Shown here in pieces: positions 37,722 through 46,568 of a stretch of 64,000 nt of DNA (position 1 is its first letter; each line of letters begins with the position of its first letter). The DNA is from Symbiobacteriaceae bacterium (GTDB taxonomy: Bacteria > Bacillota > Sulfobacillia > Symbiobacteriales > Symbiobacteriaceae): contig DATCKG010000048.1 of the NCBI GenBank assembly GCA_036562385.1, positions 1,344-65,343 of the forward strand, read 5' to 3'. The position numbers and the translations under genes were made by a program. The notes below the pieces were generated by a model. It was not told where the DNA came from, searched no databases, and worked only from the letters and a program-made list of their open reading frames with translations.

Positions 37722-38204
37722 CTACCGGGCGCGCTGTGCACAGAGCTCAGCCAGGCGCTGCCGGGTAAGCCAACCGGTTTTACCGGCCAGGTTGCCCTGC
37801 TCATCAAACAGGACAAAATCGCCCAGGTTCGCCCCGAGGGACTCAAGAACGGGATAGGCCGCAGCTTGGTTCACGTCCACGTACACGAACTCACACCGGC
37901 CTCGGAATGCCCTTTCCGCCGGAGCCGCCACCAGGCGCTGCACCAGACAGCGAAGACTGTAATCGCTGAAGAAATGGACCACCAGCGGCCGGCCGCCTCC
38001 CCGCAGCCGCTGGATGCGCCGCTCCGGATTGGCCACAACGGCGCCCCCGCGCCGGGCAGCTACCCAGAAGATGCTCAGAAAGGCAGCCAGAATCACCGCC
38101 GCCATTCCCACGACCGTCTCGGCCCGCCAGATGGCATACCCCGCGGTGGCCGTCACCGCAATCAGCGTGATCAGGACAAAGGAGTACCGGCTGAGAAATC
38201 GCAT
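37722..38204 (-). CDS. Membrane-anchored thioredoxin-fold protein without a CxxC motif
   Basis: 160 aa. Two N-terminal TM segments, then a thioredoxin-like segment PLVVHFFSDYSLRC...VYVDV. Confidence 0.5.
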   Translation of the reverse strand: MRFLSRYSFVLITLIAVTATAGYAIWRAETVVGMAAVILAAFLSIFWVAARRGGAVVANPERRIQRLRGGGRPLVVHFFSDYSLRCLVQRLVAAPAERAFRGRCEFVYVDVNQAAAYPVLESLGANLGDFVLFDEQGNLAGKTGWLTRQRLAELCAQRAR

Positions 38205-38388
38205 GACGGGTAACCTCCTACCACCAGACTGCAGGCTGCGGCTCTCTCCCTTCTACTCACCCCATTTCACGCTTTTCCACATGGGCCCCTCCACCCCCTG
38301 CCGTGGCCCAGGTGCCAGGTTGGAATAGCTCTCTCTGTTAATTGTGTCGTACTACCAATTGGGGTGTTGCAGGAAGGATTTGGGTGCC

Positions 38389-38418
38389 TTGAAGTACGGG
38401 AAAAGTGAATAGTAAATT
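38389..38418 (+). promoter_or_regulatory. Possible promoter TTGAAG-N18-TAAATT for the NUDIX gene
   Basis: Located in the only AT-richer stretch of the 250-bp divergent intergenic region. Confidence 0.3.
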
Positions 38419-38454
38419 AGAGAATACCTAGTAGATCAACTCCGAGGTGGAACC

Positions 38455-38898
38455 ATGGTGCGCTATCGGAGGCACCTCTCGGCGGGCGGGATCGTGCTGG
38501 AAGAAGGCTACATCCTGTTGGTCCGGAACCGCAACGGGTACTGGGGCCTCCCGAAGGGACACTGCGAAAGCGGTGAGACGCTGGCGGAAACCGCTGCCCG
38601 GGAAGTCCTGGAAGAGACGGGGCTGACCGTCGAGGTGGGAGACCTCGCGTTCGTCACCGAGTTCCGGAACCCCCAGACCAGGGAGCACCTGCTGCAGTTC
38701 TTTTTCGCGGCCGTGCCCACAGGCGGCACCCTCTTCCCCCGCCCCGGCGAGATCTTCGCAGTCAAATGGGTCCCAACCAACGCCGTGGCCGATTACATCC
38801 GCTGGCGTCCGTGGCTGGAGCCGCTCTGCAACTGGCTGCAGGGCAGCACCATCCGCTATTATCAGTACCCGGATCCGTCCCGCAACCGCCTGACATAG
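38455..38898 (+). CDS. NUDIX hydrolase
   Basis: 147 aa. Nudix box GHCESGETLAETAAREVLEETGL. Confidence 0.85.
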   Translation: MVRYRRHLSAGGIVLEEGYILLVRNRNGYWGLPKGHCESGETLAETAAREVLEETGLTVEVGDLAFVTEFRNPQTREHLLQFFFAAVPTGGTLFPRPGEIFAVKWVPTNAVADYIRWRPWLEPLCNWLQGSTIRYYQYPDPSRNRLT

Positions 38899-38944
38899 AC
38901 CCCGTTTCCAACCGCCGGGGAGGCTCTGAGCCCCCCGGCGTCGT

Positions 38945-41900
38945 TTATGCGGGTGTGCAGTCCGGCCGGAACGGCCGCTCCCGCCCCACCGACCACCAGA
39001 TACCGCCGTCCTCCTGCCAGCATCGCCGGACCACGGGCTGCGATGACGCGGCCAGGTAGTGACAGACGGCCAGGTCGCCCTCCAGGTGGGCCCGGACGCA
39101 GCGGGCCAGATGCGCGCCCTGGGCGGTTTCATCCGGCACCTCGGTAACCAGTTCGGCCGCCGTGATGTGGGGAAACCGCCCGGCGAAGGTGCGGGCGTCG
39201 GGCCCCGCGGAGATGGGGCTGACCAGGCTCACTAATCCGCGATGGATCTGCAGCGGAAACTTCTCCGGCACGTACCGGTGCCCGTAGGTGATATACCGCT
39301 GCAGCAGTTCGGCAGAGTAGGCGGACACCTCCGGATCCGCGGTCAGCCGGGCAGCCAGGGCATCCCGGAGCCCGGCCTGAACGGCCCCGTTGAAGGGGAA
39401 GCGCTCCGGATCCAGCCAGCGATGGATCCCGTAGATCGCCGCGCTGGGAATCCACCAGGAGGTGCGGAAATACGGCGGCGAGTTGTAACCCGCAAAGGGC
39501 TGCGCCCATTCTTGGGCGGGGTAGCCGTGATCATCCAGCACCACATCCGGCAGGAAGTTCCGCCACAGGGTCGGCAGCGTGCGGGACTCACCGAAGCGAG
39601 GCACCGGGTTAAAGCAGTCAAACCCGAAATCGACGCCGGCCGTGTTGAAGCGGGCCGCGTGCAATTTCCAGTAGGGATGAACTTCCTGCATCTGGTAGTG
39701 CAGCGCCGCCCCGTCCACGTTCTCCATGGGGCTGAGCACCAGATTGATCCGGCGGCTGAGCCCCTCCCGGACCGCGCGCTCGGCCAGCAGCAGAATCGAG
39801 TTGGTGGAGGAGACCTCGTTGGCGTGGCGCCGGGCGTTGACCAGGAGGGTGGGGCGCCAGGCGCTGAGCTTCTGGGGCGGCGCAATGGAGCCGGCGGTGG
39901 GGGCGGTCACCGAGAGCGCCCAGGTGGCCCGGCCGCCGTACGACAGCCCGATCCGCCAGACCCGGACCCCGGGAAGCCGGGCCAGGTAGGCCAGGCAGGC
40001 CGGCAGTTGGTCGGGCCCGATGATCCGATCCGCCGGAATCCCCGGCGCCGGCTCCGGCAGGACCGCCGCGGTTTGGGGCAGTCCCCCTTCCTCCGGGCGG
40101 GCCGAAGGCAGTCCATACAGCCGCACCCGCACCCTGGGCTCGCCTGCCGCCACCGTGATCCAGGGTTCCACGGCTCCCGGCGCCGGGTAGCCCTGGCCCG
40201 TGCGGGCGATGCCCAGTTCGTTCAGAAAGTCGAGGGTGTAGAAGTAGATGTCCTCATGAAGCGCTTCCGCCGGTGAAACCTGCTCCTCCCGGATCCCCAG
40301 CCGCCGGTCCTCCTCACTGATGGCCACCTCCACCACCAGTGCGCCGAAGAAGGGCTGAGCGGCGGGATCGGGCCGCTCGCCGTACGCGGCGAGGATCTGC
40401 TGCCGGAGCCGGGGCAGCACCTCCTGCTGGTAGAGGGTCCAGAAGGCCTCCAGGTCCGTCTCCAGCCGCAGATCGGCCACCGTCTCCCCACCCTGCTGGA
40501 CCCTGAACAGTCCGGTGGGCGGGTGGACCCGCCCCCGACGGGGCTCGTCCGGCAGGTAGGGGCGCTCGGTGAAAACCGGATCAAACTCGGCGGCGAACAC
40601 CACCCGGCCGTCCCCGTCCCACGCGGTGAGGCGGTAGACCGGCTCCTGGGGCCCCCCGGCCAGGGCGAACACCACCGGAATGCCGCCCAGTTCCCGGGAG
40701 AGGATCTCATCGGCCGGATAGACTTCCTGCAGCCAGCGAATCGGCAGTTCCAGGGCCCGGCCGTCCCGGACGATCCCCTCCGGCCCCCGAAGCTGACCGG
40801 CCCGTCCCGACGGAGGAGCCGCCCCGGCCCCCACGTCCGCGGCTCTTGTGCCCTGTCCGGCGTTCCCGTGGGCGGTTCCCGTCTCATAAGGGGCCGCCCC
40901 ACCGGCGTCCCCGCTCCCGGCCGGGCTTTCCACAAAGGGGCTGCAGGTAAGCTCCACCCGGCGGACGGTGCCCAGGGCCTTCAGGCGGGGCAGCACCTCC
41001 TCCTCCAGCCATCCGAAACCCTGCTTGTACGCGGTCCGGACGTGCAGTTCTGCAACCGGCACTCCGGCAGCCGCCAGATCCCGGCGGATGTCCCGCTCCA
41101 AGGCCTGCCGGATCTCCCGAGGCTCACTGAGCCGGAGGTCCACCCGCACCGGCACACCCGGGCGGAGCCGGGGGAGCACCGACCGCCAGGCTTCCCAAAA
41201 CCGGTCCACCTCCCACCGAAGAACGAAGGGCAGGTCAAACAGCAGCGGCCCCCGGGGGACCGGCTGCTCCGGCAGAGCAGCCCGCCGGGTAAAGAGGGTG
41301 GCATGGAGCCCGTCCACCAATCCGGCTTCCGCCGCCTGCCGGATCGCGGCGGCCCGCTCGGCGGGGGTTCCGAAGACCACCAGGCCGGCGTCGGTCCAGG
41401 CCAGATGACCTTCCTTCCAGCGATACCGCTCAGGGGGCGCGGGAGCCAGGCGAACGGCCAGGCCCTCGGGCTCCTCCGCCACCGCCACCGGAAAGCGCAG
41501 GCCGGTGGCCTCCACCCCCGTCCGGGCGGCCAGTTCGCATAGCGCGGCGATCTCTTCCGGGGTAGTCTCCAGTCCCACCCGCACTTGCCAGGCGGTCCGG
41601 TCATGGCGGACGGAATCGCTGGACCCCATCAATCCCGCCACCGTAAAGAGCTGTGCGGAACCCTCCGGGGGAAGGTCACCCGGCACCTCGGCCTGAAAGG
41701 GAGGTGCCGGAGGGGCGCCCAAAAGGGTGGGTTTGTCCCCGTGCGTACCGGTCGTTAGCGGATCGCCCAACTCCAGGTCCACGACCCTGCCGCCCTTGAG
41801 AATCACCTTCCGGACAGCCCGGCCCCGGGCCTGTTCCGCCAGGGTCGGTCCTTCGGGGGAGACCAGGGGAAAGGTGGCAGCCAACCATCGGGCGGCTGCC

Positions 41901-42220
41901 CATCCGTCCGCAAAGGTGTCGCCGGTGACCACCACCCCCTCGGGGGTCAGTGCCACGACACCGCACCCAGGCGGGACCGCCACCGGTGGAACAGCGGGGT
42001 TATCCGGGCCGAAATAGAGGGCGATCCCCGGCGCATCCGGCCGGGTGAACCCGGGAGTCAGCGCACAGGTCTCAAGTCCCAGACGGGCGGCCACATCGAT
42101 GGCCCCTGGAGTCCGTCCCACCACAAACCGGACGGCCAGGCCGTCGGGCAGCCCGTCACCGTCCTGGTCCGTAAGGAGGCCCTGTGGCGTGTAGAGTTGG
42201 GTAAGGGATGCAAGACCCAT
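38945..42220 (-). CDS. Large (1091 aa) protein: uncharacterised ~650-aa N-terminal region + M14-type zinc carboxypeptidase-like C-terminal domain
   Basis: ATG 42220 lies 10 nt after SD AGAGGAGG. HxxE motif in RRHANEVSS, NPDG-like MENVDG, third ligand in LDDHGYP. N-terminus carries DQDGDGLPDG. No signal peptide. Confidence 0.8.
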   Translation of the reverse strand: MGLASLTQLYTPQGLLTDQDGDGLPDGLAVRFVVGRTPGAIDVAARLGLETCALTPGFTRPDAPGIALYFGPDNPAVPPVAVPPGCGVVALTPEGVVVTGDTFADGWAAARWLAATFPLVSPEGPTLAEQARGRAVRKVILKGGRVVDLELGDPLTTGTHGDKPTLLGAPPAPPFQAEVPGDLPPEGSAQLFTVAGLMGSSDSVRHDRTAWQVRVGLETTPEEIAALCELAARTGVEATGLRFPVAVAEEPEGLAVRLAPAPPERYRWKEGHLAWTDAGLVVFGTPAERAAAIRQAAEAGLVDGLHATLFTRRAALPEQPVPRGPLLFDLPFVLRWEVDRFWEAWRSVLPRLRPGVPVRVDLRLSEPREIRQALERDIRRDLAAAGVPVAELHVRTAYKQGFGWLEEEVLPRLKALGTVRRVELTCSPFVESPAGSGDAGGAAPYETGTAHGNAGQGTRAADVGAGAAPPSGRAGQLRGPEGIVRDGRALELPIRWLQEVYPADEILSRELGGIPVVFALAGGPQEPVYRLTAWDGDGRVVFAAEFDPVFTERPYLPDEPRRGRVHPPTGLFRVQQGGETVADLRLETDLEAFWTLYQQEVLPRLRQQILAAYGERPDPAAQPFFGALVVEVAISEEDRRLGIREEQVSPAEALHEDIYFYTLDFLNELGIARTGQGYPAPGAVEPWITVAAGEPRVRVRLYGLPSARPEEGGLPQTAAVLPEPAPGIPADRIIGPDQLPACLAYLARLPGVRVWRIGLSYGGRATWALSVTAPTAGSIAPPQKLSAWRPTLLVNARRHANEVSSTNSILLLAERAVREGLSRRINLVLSPMENVDGAALHYQMQEVHPYWKLHAARFNTAGVDFGFDCFNPVPRFGESRTLPTLWRNFLPDVVLDDHGYPAQEWAQPFAGYNSPPYFRTSWWIPSAAIYGIHRWLDPERFPFNGAVQAGLRDALAARLTADPEVSAYSAELLQRYITYGHRYVPEKFPLQIHRGLVSLVSPISAGPDARTFAGRFPHITAAELVTEVPDETAQGAHLARCVRAHLEGDLAVCHYLAASSQPVVRRCWQEDGGIWWSVGRERPFRPDCTPA

Positions 42221-42436
42221 GCAGTTTATGCCTCCTCTTTCTAGGCAGGTACAACTTACGAGGCCACCGCCGGCCTCCTCCCCAATGTGCTCGCAGATCC
42301 ACCGGTGAAATTCTCTTTCCGGCCGGAAAGAATCCTCCCCCTTCGGATCATTGCCCGCTGCAGACGGGAAAGGTAGGCTAAGGACAGAATTCGGAAGCAC
42401 CCCAGCCGCACCGAGGAGGCGGAAAGGAGCGTTGTC

Positions 42437-43330
42437 ATGAGCCTGTACGGTGGCATCGAGGCAGGCGGCACCAAGTTCGTCTGCGCCATTGGCACCGGTC
42501 CCGACGACATCCGGGCAGAAACCCGCTTTCCCACCACCACCCCGGAGGAGACCATCCAAAGGGTGATCCGGTTTTTCCAGGAATACCCTGAGCCGGTCGC
42601 CGCGATCGGCATCGGCTCCTTCGGGCCTGTCGACCCGAACCCGACCTCGCCCACTTACGGCTGGATCACCTCCACCCCCAAACCCGGGTGGCGGAACACG
42701 GCGATTCGCAGCGCCATCGCCTCCGCCCTCGGCGTCCCGGTGGGCTTCGACACCGACGTGAACGCCGCCGCCCTGGGGGAATACCGGTGGGGCGCAGCCC
42801 AGGGTGTGGAGAACTTCATCTACCTGACGGTGGGCACAGGCATCGGCGGCGGGGCCATGGTGGGCGGCCGCCTGCTGCACGGCCTGGTCCATCCGGAGAT
42901 GGGCCACATCCTGATCCCCCGGGATCCCAGGGATTCCTTTGCCGGATCGTGCCCCTATCACAGGGACTGCCTCGAGGGGCTGGCCAACGGGCCGGCCATC
43001 GAGCAGCGCTGGGGCGCCCGGGGCGAAACGCTGCCGCCGGAGCACCCGGCCTGGGAACTGGAGGCCCACTATCTGGCCCTGGCACTGGTGTCGTTCATCT
43101 GCACGCTGTCGCCGGAGCGGATCATTCTGGGCGGAGGGGTCATGCAGCAGGCGCACCTCTTCCCGCTGATCCGCCGGAAGGTGCAACAGTTGCTGAACGG
43201 GTACATCTCCTCCCCTGCCATCCTGGAGCAAATCGACGCATACATCGTCCCGCCGGGGCTGGGGAACCGGGCCGGCGTGCTGGGCGCCATCGCCCTGGCG
43301 GAACAGGCTCTGGCAGATGCAGTCAAGTAG
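42437..43330 (+). CDS. ROK-family fructokinase
   Basis: 297 aa. Motifs [15 protein letters not shown], zinc motif [10 protein letters not shown]. Confidence 0.85.
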   Translation: MSLYGGIEAGGTKFVCAIGTGPDDIRAETRFPTTTPEETIQRVIRFFQEYPEPVAAIGIGSFGPVDPNPTSPTYGWITSTPKPGWRNTAIRSAIASALGVPVGFDTDVNAAALGEYRWGAAQGVENFIYLTVGTGIGGGAMVGGRLLHGLVHPEMGHILIPRDPRDSFAGSCPYHRDCLEGLANGPAIEQRWGARGETLPPEHPAWELEAHYLALALVSFICTLSPERIILGGGVMQQAHLFPLIRRKVQQLLNGYISSPAILEQIDAYIVPPGLGNRAGVLGAIALAEQALADAVK

Positions 43331-43355
43331 GGGCTCGCCCCTGTTCCTCTCGGTT

Positions 43356-43399
43356 CAGCCGCTGCGCCAAGAATAGGAGCGTGGCGGCTGAAACTTTTT
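43356..43399 (+). terminator. Terminator after the ROK kinase gene
   Basis: CAGCCGC...GCGGCTG followed by AAACTTTTT. Confidence 0.45.
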
Positions 43400-43415
43400 C
43401 GCCACGACCGGGGTA
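43389..43415 (+). promoter_or_regulatory. Possible ECF-type promoter TGAAAC-N16/17-GGGTA
   Basis: Resembles the sigma-W-type TGAAAC-N16-CGTA. Lies 40 nt upstream of the ECF sigma gene. Confidence 0.3.
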
Positions 43416-43453
43416 GTGGAAAGTAGAGAGGCGGATGGGGGGCATTCTTTCAG

Positions 43454-43981
43454 ATGGATCATGACGCGACCATCGTAGAACTGTGTCAGCGCGGTCACCC
43501 TGCAGGATTCCGCCGGCTGGTGGTGGCGTATCAGGAGCGAATCTTCCGCACAGCCTTCGCCTTCGTCCGCAACCGGGAAGATGCCCGGGACATCACCCAG
43601 GAGGTCTTCCTCCGCACCATACGGGCCATCGATTCGCTGGATCCGACCCGCCCCCTTTGGCCCTGGCTCCGTCGGGTGACGGCCAACCTGGCCATCAATC
43701 TGATCAGGCGGCGCAGCCCTCACCTCTCCCTCGACGATCTGCCCGACTCGGTGCACCCTTCCAGTGAAACAGGCGAACCGTCATGGACACTGATCGACCT
43801 CCAGGCGGCACTGGCGGACCTAGCGCCCCTCTGGCGAATCGTCCTCATTCTCCGCCATCAGGAGGGGCTCCCCTACGAAGAGATCGCCCGGATCACCGAT
43901 CTCCCGGTGGGAACGGTGAAAACCTACATTTTCCGGGGACGGCGGATGCTTCGCGAGAAGCTTGCCAGGCGGGAGGTGTGA
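43454..43981 (+). CDS. ECF (sigma-70 family, group IV) sigma factor
   Basis: 175 aa. Region 2 DARDITQEVFLR. Region 4 LPYEEIARITDLPVGTVKTYIFRGR. Confidence 0.9.
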   Translation: MDHDATIVELCQRGHPAGFRRLVVAYQERIFRTAFAFVRNREDARDITQEVFLRTIRAIDSLDPTRPLWPWLRRVTANLAINLIRRRSPHLSLDDLPDSVHPSSETGEPSWTLIDLQAALADLAPLWRIVLILRHQEGLPYEEIARITDLPVGTVKTYIFRGRRMLREKLARREV

Positions 43982-43986
43982 CCCAG

Positions 43987-44409
43987 ATGATGAAGTGCAG
44001 CGACGACCTGATACAGATGTACGTCGAAGGAACGCTGCAGCCGGTCGAGGCCGCGATCGTCGAAGCGCACCTGAAGGAGTGCCACACCTGCCGCAGCCGG
44101 GTCGGCTTCTACAAGGGGCTCTTTTGGGACCTGTCCCGGTCAGATGTGCTGGCGCCGCCGGACGGGTTGGATGAGACCGAAGTCGATGCGCTGGCCGGCC
44201 GCCTGCAGGCGGAGTGGCAGCGGGGACGCTCCCGGGCGCCGGCCGGCACGGCGGCCCTGGCCACCCTCTGGCTGACGACCAATCCCGTGGCCCGGGCGGC
44301 GGGTTCGGCTGTCCTCTCGGCGCTCGAGGCGACGGCATCGCTGGGATTCGGCGCCCTGAGCCGGGCCGGGCGGCTGCTTCTGAGGCGTAAGGGAGGTGGT
44401 CGCCGTTAG
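43987..44409 (+). CDS. Anti-sigma factor (zf-HC2)
   Basis: ATG 43987 lies 5 nt after the sigma-gene stop. HLKECHTC motif. Hydrophobic C-terminal segment. Confidence 0.75.
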   Translation: MMKCSDDLIQMYVEGTLQPVEAAIVEAHLKECHTCRSRVGFYKGLFWDLSRSDVLAPPDGLDETEVDALAGRLQAEWQRGRSRAPAGTAALATLWLTTNPVARAAGSAVLSALEATASLGFGALSRAGRLLLRRKGGGRR

Positions 44410-45133
44410 TGTGCTGATCGCGGTCGGGTGGGCGCTCCGCTGGTGCCTGCTGGTGCTGTTGGGCCTGCTGATCTTGCTGCCCTTTCTTTTCTTCCCAACC
44501 GATCTCAGCCTGCGGCTGCACTCGGACCTCTCTGCCCCCGACTGGGAGGATCAGTTCGCCGGCACCGCCCGGTGGCTGGTGCGGTTCCGCTGGGGCTGGG
44601 CGGTGATGGCCGGCGAGCTTGCGGGCGAAAACCTGCGCCTTACCCGCTTGGAGTTCCGGATTTTGGGATTCCGGCCCGACCTTCGACCTCTGCTTCGGCA
44701 GCCGTCCAGACAGGCCAGACCGGCCCGACGGACCAGCAAGCGGAAGCGGCGGAAGCGGTTCGGGTTCGACCTGGGTCTGCTGGTAGCGATCCTGCAGGAG
44801 TGCGGCCGGTTCATGAAGCGGATCATGACCGCGATGGGCTTTAGGTTCCAGGGGGAAATCACCTACGGCTTCGCCGATCCGGCTCTGACCGGCTGGGTCG
44901 AGGCGATCCGCTGGGCGGCGGGAAATCCGGTCCCGATCCGCATGCAAGCGGACTTTCAGCGCCCCTGCCTGGTAGGATGGGCCCTGGCAGAAGGCCGGCT
45001 TTACGGCTACCAAGTGATAGGCGCCATCCTGCGATCCTTCGGCAATCCCGTCATCCGACATCGGTTATTCGGCCAGATTCGGTTTCGACCCTTACAGTAT
45101 CTGGTGACTCGAGTGATCTTGCGAGGAGGATAA
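44396..45133 (+). CDS. ytfI: DUF2953 / YtfI-like sporulation membrane protein
   Basis: 245 aa. N-terminal TM segment. Sits directly upstream of gerW, as in Bacillus ytfIJ. Start uncertain (44396 or 44411). Confidence 0.65.
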   Translation: MVAVSVLIAVGWALRWCLLVLLGLLILLPFLFFPTDLSLRLHSDLSAPDWEDQFAGTARWLVRFRWGWAVMAGELAGENLRLTRLEFRILGFRPDLRPLLRQPSRQARPARRTSKRKRRKRFGFDLGLLVAILQECGRFMKRIMTAMGFRFQGEITYGFADPALTGWVEAIRWAAGNPVPIRMQADFQRPCLVGWALAEGRLYGYQVIGAILRSFGNPVIRHRLFGQIRFRPLQYLVTRVILRGG

Positions 45134-45136
45134 GCC

Positions 45137-45505
45137 ATGCTGTTCGAGAACGCCCTGCACCAGATCGGTGCGACCCTGGAGAAGCACCTTTCCACCAAGA
45201 CGGTGATCGGTGAGCCGATGACCGTGGGTGAATTGACCCTGATCCCGGTCATGGATGTGACGTTCGGCTTCGGCGCCGGGTGGGGAGAAGGCAAGGCCAG
45301 TCCGGGCGATGGCACCGGCAGCGGGGGAGGCGCCGGCGCACGGATTTCCCCCAAAGCGGTGATCGTCGTCAGGGACGGCGACATTCAGGTCCTACCGCTT
45401 TCTAAAGGAAGCGCTGCTGAGAAGATTGTCGAGGCAATCCCGGGGCTGTTGGAGAAGTTCAAGCCTCAGCCTTCCGGGTCACAAACGGAGACCAAGGCGG
45501 AGTAA
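45137..45505 (+). CDS. gerW: Spore germination protein GerW (YtfJ)
   Basis: 122 aa. Motifs KTVIGEPMTVGELTLIPV...FGFGAG...GGGAGARISPKAVIVV. Confidence 0.85.
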   Translation: MLFENALHQIGATLEKHLSTKTVIGEPMTVGELTLIPVMDVTFGFGAGWGEGKASPGDGTGSGGGAGARISPKAVIVVRDGDIQVLPLSKGSAAEKIVEAIPGLLEKFKPQPSGSQTETKAE

Positions 45506-45510
45506 GGGAA

Positions 45511-45545
45511 GCGGCCCCCGCAGAGGGGGCCGCCTCGTTTTGTGC
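45511..45545 (+). terminator. Rho-independent terminator
   Basis: GCGGCCCCC-gcaga-GGGGGCCGC followed by CTCGTTTTGTG. Confidence 0.7.
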
Positions 45546-45578
45546 GTGTGTATGTGGCCTGGCACGTGCAGCCCCGAT

Positions 45579-46568
45579 TCACGCCGCCCGGTAGATGCAG
45601 CCATGACGGCCGGGCTCCACCGTGGCGCGTCCGGTGGCCACCAACAGGTCCAGGTGCGCCAGCACCTGGGAAACGGCCATGTAGAAATCGGAGTCGGGCA
45701 CCCTGGGATAAACGGCCCGAGCCAGCTGATAAGCCGTGACCCCCCCGCCGATTTCGCGGCGAGTGGCGTCCAGCCGCCGCAGATGCTTGGCCCGGTAGGC
45801 CCGGATCACACCGAGATGGTCGTCGATGGCCGGCCCGTGGCCCGGCAGGACCCTCCTGACAGGGAGCTGCTCCAGCCGCTCCAGGGAAGCCAGGAACTGC
45901 TTCAAGGTCAAGGCACGGCCGGGAGCATGGGGCGCCCCCGCCGGGTGACCCGGGGGAACCGGCTCCATGAAGGGGTTCGGGCTCATCCCTGTCAACAGGT
46001 GATCGCCGCCGACCAGAAGGCCGTTCTCCTCATCCCAGAAGGCCACATGCCCCAGGGAGTGACCGGGCAGGTGCACGACCCGCAACTCCCCGCGCTCGAA
46101 GGGAAAGGACTGCCCATCCGTCAGGGGCTTCCATTCCGAAAGGGGCAGGGCCAGCCTGCGGCCCTGGTCCCAGGACCGGTGAATGACCCGGATCGTTTCG
46201 GACGGCACCCCTGCGTCCGCCAGGATCTGATCCCGCCCCTGCTGCCACCACTCCGGCTCCAACAGCTTGGCTCGTTCTTCTGCGTGCACCCACACCTCTG
46301 CCCCGGACTGCTCTTGAATCCAGGCCGCCTGACCGTGGTGATCGATGTGCGCGTGGGTCAGCAGCACCCGCCGGATGTCCCTGAGCTCCACCCCCGCTGA
46401 ACGAAGCCCCTTCAGAAGGGCCTCCCGGGAAGCAGGGGTGTTCAGCCCGGCGTCGATCAGCGTGACCGGATCCTCCCGTACGAGGTACACGTGGACCGGT
46501 CCCAGGTCAGGCCATGGTGTGGGCAGGGGGATGTTGTAAATCGGCAGCGTCCTGGTCAGTCCCTTCAC
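45579..46568 (-). CDS. MBL-fold metallo-hydrolase
   Basis: 329 aa. Motif THAHIDHHG. GTGA overlap with the upstream Fe-S gene. Confidence 0.85.
   Translation of the reverse strand: MKGLTRTLPIYNIPLPTPWPDLGPVHVYLVREDPVTLIDAGLNTPASREALLKGLRSAGVELRDIRRVLLTHAHIDHHGQAAWIQEQSGAEVWVHAEERAKLLEPEWWQQGRDQILADAGVPSETIRVIHRSWDQGRRLALPLSEWKPLTDGQSFPFERGELRVVHLPGHSLGHVAFWDEENGLLVGGDHLLTGMSPNPFMEPVPPGHPAGAPHAPGRALTLKQFLASLERLEQLPVRRVLPGHGPAIDDHLGVIRAYRAKHLRRLDATRREIGGGVTAYQLARAVYPRVPDSDFYMAVSQVLAHLDLLVATGRATVEPGRHGCIYRAA

Noticed and set aside
36621-38213. 530-aa plus-strand ORF
   Set aside because: It overlaps the PH-domain gene out of frame, then runs antisense through the nitroreductase and thioredoxin-fold genes. 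Arg/Pro/Gly-rich artefact.
42221-43231. N-terminal 337 codons of the listed 1428-aa ORF 38945-43231
   Set aside because: This part is antisense to the well-supported ROK fructokinase gene and has junk composition. An internal ATG at 42220 with SD AGAGGAGG gives a sensible 1091-aa protein.
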